Positions 50,350-64,000 of a DNA stretch of 64,000 nt are shown one piece after another. The position numbers and the translations under genes were made by a program. The notes below the pieces were generated by a model, which did no database searches, was not told where the DNA came from, and worked only from the letters and a program-made list of their open reading frames with translations. Numbering within the stretch: the first letter of the stretch is position 1; every line of letters starts with the position of its first letter. The DNA is from Octopus vulgaris (Eukaryota): the NCBI GenBank assembly GCA_951406725.2, contig OX597820.1, positions 106,826,001-106,890,000 on the forward strand, read 5' to 3'.

Positions 50350-50774
50350 GTAAGTTGGTTCTGTTCCATTTCATAGCATATACAATAGGGCTATTGACTA
50401 TTAACTGCATGTGTTCAACTGTGTGTGTGTGTGTGTCTGCTTTTGAGGAAACCATATATAGATATATATAGTTATATGTTTATATTACAAGAATACCTGC
50501 ACTCCACAGCAGAAGTGTTAAGCCTGGTCCCCCTGTTGGAAAAGACTGACCTGCAAGAGTCATGTGCTGGTGCCACATAAAAGCACTCAGCACACTCTGC
50601 AAAGTGGTTGGTGTTAGGAAGGGCATCCAGACATAGAGATCATGCCAAATCAGACTGGAGCTTGATGTAGCTCTCTTGCTTGCCAACTCTGATCAAAATG
50701 TCCAATCCATGACAATAGGTGTTAAGTGATGATGAGTTATGTGATATAAGTAGAAGGAGAGAAAAACTACAGTA

Positions 50775-51620
50775 GCCAACCAAATAAAGAAAGGAAAGGT
50801 GAAAAGCCACTATATGGAATTCATACAGTGTAGCCAACAGGGACAGTGTACCTCTTGGGAGGAGTTTGTGGTTGGGTGAAAGGTAGGCTGGAAAGAACTT
50901 TGGTCATGGAGACCATTCTGTCTACATGCTGCCTAATCTTTGTAAAACCTAAAGCATTTGAAGAAAGATGTGTGTGGTCTGTGGAAAGGTCAGAACAATG
51001 AGACAAATACTCTGCAATTGCCCATTAGATTTGGAGCACAGATACACATGGCAGCATAACCAAGTACTCAGAATATTAGCTGTTGCAGTGGTGGAGAGAG
51101 TAAAGCAAATAAGCAATGGTGAAAGTAGTGGAGCTTGGGATGATAGTTTTGCAGAGAAGGTGAACATTATATGCCAGCCACTGTAAGGAAGAAAAATTAT
51201 CCAAAATGGGGTGGGGGACTTGGGAAGTCTCTGTTGACGTTGATGGTAACTATTGCTTCCCACATTTTGCCACTAAAAGACCCAACCTTGTCATGTGGTG
51301 CAAGGAAAGGAAGTTGGTAAAGATATTAGAGCTGACAATTCCCTGGGAAGCAAACATCAAAGATGCTTTCCTCAAGAAATACAGAAAATATAGTGAGTTG
51401 GTTAAACCCTTTGAAAACAATGGATGGGAGGCAATATACCTTCCTTTAGAGACAAGTGTTGGGACAAGGGTCCACTCAATACTCAGATTTTTGGTCTAGC
51501 TTAAAAGGAGGAAAAAGATGTTGCCAGGAAATTGTCAGAAGCCACTGAGACAGTAAGCCATTACATTTGGTTCAAAAGAATGGATGAGTGGTATAGCAAA
51601 AATGAGCAGTGACAATGATA
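50775..51620 (+). mobile_element. Hero/R2-group non-LTR relic (zinc knuckle + restriction-like endonuclease)
   Basis: CVVCG...ILCNC...RYTWQHNQVL and RPNLVMW...ILELTIPWE...KKYRKYSELV...GWEAIYLPLE match RHN / RPD / E.TVPWE / K..KY motifs. Confidence 0.8.
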
Positions 51621-51868
51621 AAAACATCTATCCCAGAGTTGCATGATCTGATTCAGCCAAGCCCATACTGTTATGTAAGACTTTTGCCACCTACCTCAGT
51701 AGGTGGTTCCAGGCAGCTCTGATGTTGCATTGGAGGGGAGCTGAAACAACCACAGAGCTGCTTGATGAGAGATTGTCTCCTGTATTTGGAGACCGAGTAC
51801 AGCCAGAACCATCAGCATACAAGTGTTTACCCTAAAATATAGTGAACTTGTATTTCATTGTTTTGCAG

Positions 51869-51972
51869 CCAATTACCAGCATTGACTTCTTTAACAACAC
51901 TACACATGAAGAATTCAGAGAGACGTCTCAGCCATTTCCCACCAACACTGGACACTTTAGCCAATCTTCAAG
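51869..51972 (+). CDS. FLII: flightless-I exon 7
   Basis: QLPALTSLTTLHMKNSERRLSHFPPTLDTLANLQ; phase 2-1. Confidence 0.93.
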
Positions 51973-52962
51973 GTTAGTCATCCTCTTAATTATCATTCCC
52001 TGTAAATTTCATTACTAACAACATATAATTGTTTTCTTTTGTGTGTAATTCCTAATTGCCTTTTAATCTTAAACCAAATAAAGTTCCTATGTAGGTTCCA
52101 TTTCCTCTCCCTTTATGATCTTCATAACAACATTCAGCACCTGCAAATTACTGAAAATACATCTTAGAAATCATAGGACAGTTGACTGTTTAACATTTTG
52201 GTAGGGTTTACAAAAACTGTAAACAAACTGAACCCAAATTTATTGTAGTTAGCATTACAGCATTCTTGCCTTCCTTCCTGCACAAGTTGTATTCTTCCTC
52301 CTCTGTTTAAGCCATTACAAAAAAAAAAAATTGTGTTGACTCTTAATATATTCAAAAATGTTACTGGAATTTTCTAGAAAAAAAAACAAAACAATCTCTC
52401 AAGTATATCAAAAGATTCCGTATGTACAGAGTATGCATTTATTTGTTTTAGGTTAATTAAAATATATTTGTGACATGCTTTAACTTTAAAAGGCAAATTT
52501 ACTACAGTTACCATGGAGAATAAAAATTCTCTCTTATTGTAAACGGTGTAAAAATGCCATCTCTTTCCAGTGCTTCACTCTAACAGTGAATTTGCTTTTA
52601 GAAGTTAAAGTCAGTCACAAACCTATCTTAACTAACCTACAGTTTGTTTATTCCTAATCAGTGCTTGGCACTGATGCTGCTATTTTTATTCCAGCCCGGC
52701 AATCCACTAGCACCACTCAGTCATTGATGTTGACTGTTTTTAGTTAAATCTTTGGCTTTGAATCTGTCCAGGATTATCTTCCTTTGAGGAAGACTAAAGA
52801 ACCAGAAACATGTGTCTGGGAATTGCTAGAGGGAAGCACTGGGCAAATTATGATGTTTTTACACCTTTTAACATCGAGAGAATTTTTTTCTCAATGATAA
52901 CTGCAGTGAAATTCACTGCCTTTAGAAGTTAAAATATATCACAAACATATTTTAACTAACCT

Positions 52963-55900
52963 CACAGGCAAAGAACACAGGTACAAGATTTTCTGGGCAG
53001 GGAACACTGATGGGGTTGGGGGCATAGGTATACTTCTCGCTGAAAAATGGGTAGATAAGGTAATTGAGGTAATCAGAGTATGTGACAGAATACTTAAGAT
53101 TAGATTAGTCCTTCATCATGGATTAGCAACCATTATATCGGCCTATGCCCCTCAGCTGGGGCTACCCGATGGACAGAAAGACCGATTCTATGACACCTTA
53201 CTGCAGACTACCTCGTTGACGAAGGACAGAGACCTTCTCTTTGTGGCTGGTGACTTCAATGGGCATGTTGGACAACATACTGGGGGCTTCCGTGGTGTAC
53301 ATGGAGGTTATGGTTCCCGCAACGAGGAGGGAACCAGGCTGCTGGAGTTCTGCGATGCAAATGATCTTATGGTTTGCAAGACTAACTTCAGGAAACCTAC
53401 CAGTCACCTAGTCACCTACTGATCGGGCCGACATACTAGCCAAATTGACTACATCCTTGCCAGGAAAAGGGAAAGATGGCTGCTTATAAATGCCAAAACC
53501 TTCCCAGGCGAAGAATGTACCCCACAACATAGACTGGTAGTTAGTGACTTTAGGATCAGGACTAAGAGGACGACCAGAAGACGACCAACATGGAGAAGAA
53601 GGGTCTGGAAGCTTAAAGATCCTGCGAATGGACAGAGATTTAGGGACATATTATTTGAAGCCTTTGACGAAGTAGAAGGGGATATAGCTTCACATGGGGT
53701 AGAAGACAACTGGAGGTTTCTAAGGGACAACCTGCTGAGAGCCACTGACAAGATCTGTGGTTGGTGCAAAGTTCCCTCTTGACCTAAAATAACATGGTGG
53801 TGGAACAATATTGTTGACAGGGCTATTAGAGAAAAGAGACAGGCTTGGAAGGACTGGAAGAATGGTGGTATCAGGGAATCGTATCAGACTGCCAGAAGAG
53901 AAGCCAGGAGACAGGTTTATGTAGCCAGAGGGGAAGCAGATAAGAAAAAATTTGCCAATGTTCTGCGTTGTGAGGACCAAAGACTTGAGGTATTTCATGT
54001 TGCAAGACAGTGTGTGAGAGAGAATTGTGATGTGGTAGGAGATAAATGTGTTCGCATGGATGATGGTTCACTTGAAAGAGGTTTGGAGACGCCATTATGA
54101 AAGGTTGCTGAATAAAGAAAATGAATGGGATAAAGAGTCTGCTGAATGTCGACCCAACAGAGGGACCAGCTACCCAAGTTGACAGTTCCTTGGTAGTTAA
54201 GGCAATTAGAAGCATGAAGACAGGGAAAGCCCCAGGCCCATCAGGAATTACTGCAGAGATGCTCAAAATATCTGGTAGTGTCAGCTATAGCCTAGTCACC
54301 CGTATAGTTAACCAGGTGATACACAAAGGAGTCATACCCAATGACTGGTGTAGCAGCATAATAGTCAACTGCTACAAAGGTAAAGGTGACGCCCTAGATA
54401 CAAATAATTACAGAGGTATCAAGCTGTAGGGTCAGGTAATGAAGATTACGGAGAGGGTCATAGCCCAACTAATTAGAGAGAGAGTTAGTTTAGATGAGAT
54501 GCAGTTTGGGTTCGTGCCAGGGAAGAGTACCACTGATGCTATATTCCTGGTAAGACAGCTGCAGGAAAAATACCTAGCCAAAGATAAGCCCCTGTACCTG
54601 GCTTTCATTGACATGGAGAAAGCCTTCCACAGGGTCCCCCGATCCCTTATCTGGTGGTCAATGAGGAAACATGGGATAAATAAATGGTTAGTGAGAGCTG
54701 TGCGAGCCATGTACAGGGACGCTGCTAGTAAGGTGAAGGTTGGCAACGAGTATAGTGAAGAATTCCGTGTAGAGGTAGGGGTCCACGAATGTTCAGTCCT
54801 CAGCCCCCTCCTATTTATCATAGTCCTCCAGGCAATAATGGATGAATAGCTCCTCTATGCTGATGACCTTCCTCTAATTGTTGAGTCACTATCAGAACTG
54901 GAGGAGAAGTTTCAGGTGTGGAAGCAAGGATTAGAATCGAAGGGCCTTAGAGTCAACCTAGCTAAAACCAAAGTCCTAATAAGTAGGAAGGTAGACAAGT
55001 CACAAATGCCTTCAGGTTGATGGCCCTGTTTGATCTGTAGAAAAGGCGTAGGTAGAAACTCTATAAGATGCACCAAGTGTAAGCTATGGACACATAAGAG
55101 GTGCAGCAACGTCAAAGGAAGGCTAACTAGGAAGATAGTTTTTGTATGTGGCAGATGCTCAGGAGCAATAAACACTGAAAATGCACAGAGACCAACTTCC
55201 GCCACATTCCAGGGAGAAAAACTAGAAATAGTTGATAGCTTCCATTACCTAGGTGACCAAGTCAGTAGCGGGGGCGGGTGTGTTGAAAGTGTAACTGCTA
55301 GAGTAAGAATAGCTTGGGCAAAGTTCAGAGAGCTCTTACCTCTGCTAGTGACAAAAGGCCTCTCGCTCAGAGTAAAAGGCAGACTGTATGATGCATGTAT
55401 ACAAACAGCCATGCTACATGGCAGTAAAACATGGGCCGTGACTGCTGAGGATATGCGTAAGCTCGTGAGGAATGAAGCCGGTATGCTCCGATGGATGTGT
55501 AATGTCAGTGTTTCATACTTGACAGAGTGTAAGTACCTTGAGAAGCATCAGTTGTGGTGTGCAAGAGAGACGTTTGCGCTGGTATGGTCATGTGGCAAGA
55601 ATGGATGAAGATAGTTGTGTGAAAAGGTGCCACACCCTAGCGGTTGAGGGAGCCTGTGGAAGAGGTAGACCCAGGAAAACCTGGGACGAGGTGGTGAAGC
55701 ATGACCTTCGAACTTTAGGTCCCACTGAGACCTTTGGAAGTATGCTGTGCGTGAGAAGACCCGGCAGGACAAGTGAGATCATAACCCATGGCCTCTACCT
55801 GGGATGTAGCCAGTCCACTTATGCATACCTTTCCTTCTTAGGACACAAATCTCTGCTTGCGAAAACCTGTTGAGGCAAGTGAAAATCAAAATCGATCAAC

Positions 55901-56293
55901 ATCAATGGAAATTGTAGCTGTGATACCAGTGCCGGTGGCACATAAGAGAACCATCTGAATGTGGCCGTTGCCAGCGCAACCCCGACTGGCCTCCGTGCCG
56001 GTGGCACGTAAAAAGCACCATCCGATCGTGGCCGTTTGCCAGCCTCGTCTGGCCTCCGTACCGGTGGTACGTAAAAAGCACCATCCGACCGTGGCCGTTT
56101 GCCAGCCTTGTCTGGCACGTAAAAAGCACCCACTACACTCACGGAGTGGTTGGCGTTAGGAAGGGCATCCAGCCGTAGGAACTTGCCAGATCAGACTGGG
56201 CCTGGTGCTGCCTTCTGGCTTCCCAGACCCCAGATGAACCGTCCAACCCATGCTAGCATGGAAAGCAGACGCTAAACGATGATGATGATGATG
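52963..56293 (+). mobile_element. Long 5'-truncated RTE-like LINE (EN-RT-PHD-like insert-thumb, 3' UTR, (GAT)n) with AACCT TSD
   Basis: EN motifs AYAPQ, AGDFNGHVG, QIDYIL; RT motifs QFGFVPG, FIDMEKAF, LSPLLF, YADD; stops and frameshifts; AACCT at 52958-52962 and 56294-56298. Confidence 0.93.
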
Positions 56294-56381
56294 AACCTAA
56301 AGTTCATTTATTCCTAATCATTGCTTGGTTCTGATGCTGCTATTTTTATTTGTGTTTCTTTTTACATTTTCATTGTTTCAG

Positions 56382-56498
56382 ATATTGATCTGTCAAGCAA
56401 CAATTTGCCCAAAATACCCGAAGCTTTATACAAACTTAAAACTCTCAAAAGATTACAACTATGTGACAATGAAATAACAGAGCTGTCCTCATTAATTG
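56382..56498 (+). CDS. FLII: flightless-I exon 8
   Basis: (D)IDLSSNNLPKIPEALYKLKTLKRLQLCDNEITELSSLI; phase 1-1. Confidence 0.94.
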
Positions 56499-58549
56499 GT
56501 AAGTTCCCAATTGGTCTATTATTAAAAAGCAATTTAACTTACTCCTAAAATATACTGAAGACTGAGTCTCTGAGGTTGATTGTGTTATATTTCTGGCAAT
56601 ATAATCTAATTCCTTTTAAGTATTCAAATTTACCATTTCATTGGTAACATTTTTTTCCTGGAGTTTGTATGCAATCCATTATGAGCACTGTAACCTTGGA
56701 CTTGTAAATGATGTCTTTGCTTGGAAGTTCTTTTTGCAATTAAGCTGTTAATATTATTATGACTATAACTCCTAACTTTCACTCTCCTGTCTTTTTGTGT
56801 TTTATTCTGTGTATTGTATTTGTACTTCTTTTAGCCTTTCTTAACAAGCTATATACACTGTATGTACTAATCTCATTATTATTACAATCAAAATTTCATG
56901 CAGATTTATCAAAAGATTAGTACATACAGTGTATACAGCTAAATTTCAATTTAGTAACAAGCCTGTTTAATTTTCAACATCTTCACAATAGATTATTGCA
57001 AAATAAAATCTGTCAGTTTCCTTCTAATCAGTTAGGTTGGTGCCAAGTTCATCTTTCAGTCAGGAAACATGCTGAAGAATATCTGAATATTTTGTATAGC
57101 CCTTTTCATGATTATCCTTCCATTTTTGTTTCAAGAATTCTTTATCTTCCTCTCATTTTTTTTTTTCAATTTGATCTATTTGAATATCACTTTTACCTTC
57201 TGCATCTTGAATGTTTTATCCCTCATTATCTTCTCTATTGTGTGGTATTCTGAAAGGTGATTCTTTTTTTCCTTTGATTTTATTATGTCACACTTCCTAT
57301 TAAATGGCATGCAAACATTAGAACTGAAAATTCTGAGAGACTGTATTAAAGAAATTTGCACATTCTTAATTCTGAAGTAATGTTTGAGGTCATCCAGAAG
57401 TATCAGATGGGTTTGATTTTTTTTAATAAATTTTATTTTGTCTTTTTCATAATACATAAGACATAAAAAAAAAAACAAGTGAAGATAGTAAATCCTAAAA
57501 AAATGCTCTTTTAATCTCAATTTCATTCCTGCACACTTCACTGCCTGATAATTCAACTTTCAAGGACTATGTACCTTCTTAAAGTTTCATATTCTATCAA
57601 AGATGCCAATTATTTTCATGTACTTTAGAGGTGAGGAATAAGGGTTCATCCTAAATGCTTTCTGTTAATTAATCCATTCCAGTACCATTATTTTTTTCCT
57701 ATTTTTCACCTGAGATATCAGTTTGTCACTATAATAGGTTATCAGTTGCCCAATATTTCTTTTTAGTATCTGTTCTGTTTCATTACAATCAGCTTTCAAT
57801 GCTGTTAGTAGTTACCATATCAGTTGTAAAAATTAGTTACTTTACTCTAATCATTTTTTTTTTTTTACCTTTCTATAAGAAGAATTTTCCCTTTGTCATC
57901 TGTGATAAAACACTTTCTGTTAGGCATTGAATAAGTTGTTTGAAATTTTTTAAAAATTTATTCTATATCAGAAATTTTGAATCTCATTCCATTCTTTATT
58001 TTATGGTAGAATGTTCCAAATTCAAACATTACTGGGATAGAGTTACTGAAAAGGTCACAGGGTGTGTGATGAGAGTTTTGACAAAGAAACTAAAACAATA
58101 ATAATAATAATAATAAAGCTTAAGTGAAGACCAAATATACAGTGTGTGTTTGATTGGCAAAATGTGACTTGGGAATGGTCATATTTTGCCAATTAAACAC
58201 ACACTTTATATTTGTTCTTCACTTCAGCTTTATTATTATTACTTTAGCTTCTTTGTCAAAGTTCTTTCATCACACGTCCTGTGACCTTTTCAGTGACTCT
58301 CCATCCCATGTGTCTCCCATCTCCAAATATAACAATATCTCTTTCAATTCATGATTTCACATCAAGAATCTTGCAAAACAAATAAATGTGAAGTATCGCT
58401 TTTCATCCTTAACTCTTACATAAGTAACACTTATGTACTGAGGGCTAATTGTAATGTATTACACCTTTCCCTCAATTTGAGGCTTTGTGCTAATGTATGA
58501 ACAATAATTCAGCATTATTATTGCTTATTACATATCTTTCTTTGTTTAG

Positions 58550-58608
58550 ATACCTGGGTAAACTTGGAAATGCTAAATCTTTCCCGTAACAAATTGACTG
58601 CTCTACCT
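58550..58608 (+). CDS. FLII: flightless-I exon 9
   Basis: (D)TWVNLEMLNLSRNKLTALP; phase 1-0; gtgagt donor. Confidence 0.92.
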
Positions 58609-59772
58609 GTGAGTAATCAACAAAGCATTTTCTTTTACTTTGTATTTATTGTGGTGTGGTAGAAATATTAAAACATGAGACTAAATGTATGTATTCCGTA
58701 TTCTGGAATGGCAGAAATGCTTCAGCATGATGTTAAATTCTGCCAAATTTCATTTGTTAACCTTATATAGTTGATAAAGTTTGTGTCAGACATGTACTTA
58801 ATATAAATTTTAATTTTTATTCCTTCGCATATTGAAGATGAACTGTTTTCAATCAGTAGTTAAATTAACGTTGTTGCCTAATTAACTTAATTCTGAAGGA
58901 TCTTTTAATAAAATAGACTTTAGAGTTCAGAGTCTGTAAGAAATTTAGAGGATTACAAAATACTGCCTCTGATAGCAACTAAGTCTCTCTCTCTCTAAAG
59001 TGTAGACTATATGAAGCTTGGAGAGCAATAATAATTCCTTCTAATTTTGACACAAGGCCAGTAATTTTCAGTGGAGGAGGCAAGTCAGTTACATCAACTT
59101 AATTACTTGACTGGTACTTAATTTTATTGAGCCTGAAAGGATAAAAGGCAAAGTTGACCTCAGCAAGATGTAAAGAGGTGGAAGACATGCTGCTAAGCAT
59201 TTCGTCCATAACATTAACAATTCTACTAGCTCACTACCTTGGTAATAATACTTACAATGTGCTTATTGTATATAGTACTCAAGTGCACTACAGCTCATCA
59301 AAAAAGAGTAAAAGAGAGGACAGAGAGCAGCAATAAGTCAAGTGAAGACAGCAATGACAGGCAAAAGTACATGCATAGTACACAGGATAACTTACAAAAA
59401 TAAAAAATGGGCCATGAAAGAGCCATAGAGAGGAAAAGGATGCATACGCAGAAGTTGTATTGGGTGGCATAGAATTTTTGAAAGATGCAGTGTCCTGACA
59501 GCTAACAATTGATGTGGGTATTCTATTCCATGCTTCAGCAATTCTGAATATGAAAAAATATGGTGTTAATTTAGATTTTAGAGTACCTGCAATAATTGCA
59601 GAATGTTGTAAAAAATATTACCTTTACTTTTAAACAGGTGAGGGTTGGTGGCAGGGAGGGCATCTAACCACAGAAAATCTTGCCTCAATAAACTCTGTCC
59701 AACCCGAGCAAGCTTGGAAAATTGGGACAGTAAGAATGATAATATATGTGTATTTACTATTTGCTCTCTCTC

Positions 59773-59821
<49 letters not shown>

Positions 59822-60121
59822 TAGAGAGAGAATCCTGTGAAATTCTCACATGCATTTTTTTCCTTGGTCCTCTTTTTCTCCATCTTCTCTTCTTCCCTGG
59901 ATCTTTCTCTGTATAGCCAATAAAGGATGATATCTAAAATGTCAAACTTTTACTCTGTAACTTCATAACTTTTTTCTTTCTTTGAGCCTTTGATAATATT
60001 AACCGAACATTTCTTGCCAATATGTTGTTTTTGTATTTGATTTTGTCTTTTGTTATTGATTTTTGCCCCCTTTATATATATTGTTTTAATATATATGTAT
60101 ATATACTTTATTTTATACCAG

Positions 60122-60279
60122 TCTTCACTGCATAAACTTGGTTCTCTTAAGAAACTATATGTGAACAGTAACAAACTGGATTTTGACGGCATCCCTGCTA
60201 GTATTGGAAAACTGCATAATCTGGAAACTTTCAGTGCCACTGACAACAACCTTGAGATGATTCCTGAAGGACTTTGCAG
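60122..60279 (+). CDS. FLII: flightless-I exon 10
   Basis: [52 protein letters not shown](R); phase 0-2. Confidence 0.95.
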
Positions 60280-61084
60280 GTAAGTTTCCATTTAAAGTAT
60301 AACGACAATAACAGAAATGAATCATTGATCATTAAATATGCAAGATATTAGAAAGAAAGAAATGGATTAGAAAGAAATAAAGTAATTATATTCTCATAGA
60401 TGTGTAACATTCATTACCTGGAAAGTAAAGCATCTGAGCTGAGAGAGAAAGAAAGGAAGAGAACATTTAGCAAATGAAGATACTGGTTGGTGTCTGCAAG
60501 ATAAAGTCAGCTATTTGGCTATGGACATGTAATGCATGTGTAACGAAATATTTGTTGTTGGTGGTGTTGTTTAGTCCCAAGTCCTGATCAAGCAGATCTA
60601 CAATTAAAAGTGTCTTATTTTCCATATTGTCATAAGTTTATCTCAGACCACATCTTATATTTCCTTCCTTCTTTTTTAAGACAGTACAGTGTCACCTGAA
60701 AGTAATATGGTTGCTATTCTAGTAGATCAAGTAACCCTGTAAAAACCTCATTAGTTTTTATGTGTGCTCTTTCTACAGGCAAGAATAAAGTTATCTGATC
60801 AAGGATTTGAAATTTAGAATTAGAGCTAATGATGTTCCACTGTTTAAACATTGACACCATCTTACATTAGCCGGACACAAGCTTTGTTTTTGTACTAAGG
60901 CATTTTTCAAATATACCAGTTCATTTACTTGTAATCAGGAAGTAAGAATAATATACAAAAGTTATATGTCCATCTTCAGTTGTGTCAGGAGATAAACATT
61001 TCAGATGCATTAGACTCACTAAATCAAAACTGATCTTCATATAAAATTATTGAATGAATATTTAAATTATATTTTCTTTTTCAG

Positions 61085-61169
61085 ATGTGGTAAACTAAAG
61101 AAACTTCTTCTAAGTCAAAATCGCCTGATCACTCTTCCAGATATTCTTCATTTACTGCCAGAACTTGAG
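61085..61169 (+). CDS. FLII: flightless-I exon 11 (gene continues beyond the window)
   Basis: CGKLKKLLLSQNRLITLPDILHLLPELE; phase 2-0; cumulative CDS 1098 nt, open throughout. Confidence 0.94.
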
Positions 61170-61575
61170 GTAAGAAAATCTTTTCCTTCAAACTGATATT
61201 TGGGCTCATATTTGTGAAAAACAACCTCTTTAGTGACATTTTCTTGTGACTATGTTCTTTAGTCTAAACTTTTACTTTAATCATATATATATAGAAAATG
61301 ATTAGTAAGTATTGAAATAAAATTCTATTATATGGTGTGATGTATATTAGGATTTGATGAATTGCATGGGGACTTCTATCTCTAAATGACATATATTTCC
61401 TTATCGAGCATAAATCATTTTATTTGAATCCCTGTGTCGCTGGAATTTTTATTCCATAATAAATAAAATAATACATAGATATATATATATTATATTTCAG
61501 AATGGTCATTTTGCCAGTTTATATATATGTATATATATATATATATATATATACATATATGTATATATACATATA

Positions 61576-61615
<40 letters not shown>

Positions 61616-61619
61616 GGTG

Positions 61620-61661
<42 letters not shown>

Positions 61662-62153
61662 CAAAATAAGAAAATGGAGAAATACACCTTAATCAATAAT
61701 CAACTACCAGATAATACCCAATCACATAATTTATTAAACCACTACATATGAACATCAAGGTCAAACATAATAGTATAGAACAAAACAATGCACATCAATG
61801 AGTAATATGATACAATAAGTACAATATGTATAAGAGAATATAAATAAATATAATTGTAAACTACATCTTAGAGCTGTTTCAGCCATGAAGATATGGGTAT
61901 CTCATTATGGTCATATTAGCCAGGTGTGATAAGTTAATATGTGGTTATAAATGAGACACTTACAATAATATCCCAAGGCCGCTTCAGAAATTATAAAGTA
62001 CAAACTAAACTAAATATGAATATCAGAGGAGGTACACCCATACAAGAGTGGGTACAGCCATAATATATATATATTATATATATATACATATACATATGAG
62101 TGCATATGTTATCCCATGGTGGGTTGCACTCACAACACCTATCTCAATTTGTA

Positions 62154-64000
<1,847 letters not shown>

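Overview
AT-rich animal genomic DNA, heavily loaded with transposable elements. The repeat content and gene sequences suggest a coleoid cephalopod such as Octopus; that is an inference, not a database match. Host genes: (i) the last two coding exons (3285-3489, 5352-5530) of an MPPE1/Cdc1-like metallophosphoesterase with a C-terminal TM helix; (ii) the promoter and first 11 coding exons of flightless-I (FLII, 36527-61169, 366 LRR-region codons, all splice phases consistent), continuing beyond the window. Other elements: five RTE-like LINE copies (three show a PHD-like finger inside the RT region), tRNA-headed SINEs sharing the RTE 3' tail, piggyBac-type MITEs, mariner/maT, Chapaev-like and Hero-like relics, degenerate minimal hammerhead motifs and a >1.8 kb (TA)n tract. 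The highlight is a nested cluster at 23.3-32.1 kb. A non-autonomous Helitron carries a decayed fragment of a Tx1-type ORF1 (gag-like) gene. At one 14-bp site in that fragment (ACCTGGAGGAAAGC, now present three times as target-site duplications) sit, head-to-tail, an ORF1-only 'half' element, a 5'-truncated sister copy of it, and a full-length Tx1-like LINE. The half element and the LINE have deeply diverged ORF1s but share their first 11 nt and a near-identical 47-nt 3' tail. This looks like a sequence-specific LINE plus non-autonomous partner that targets the gag gene of a related retrotransposon.
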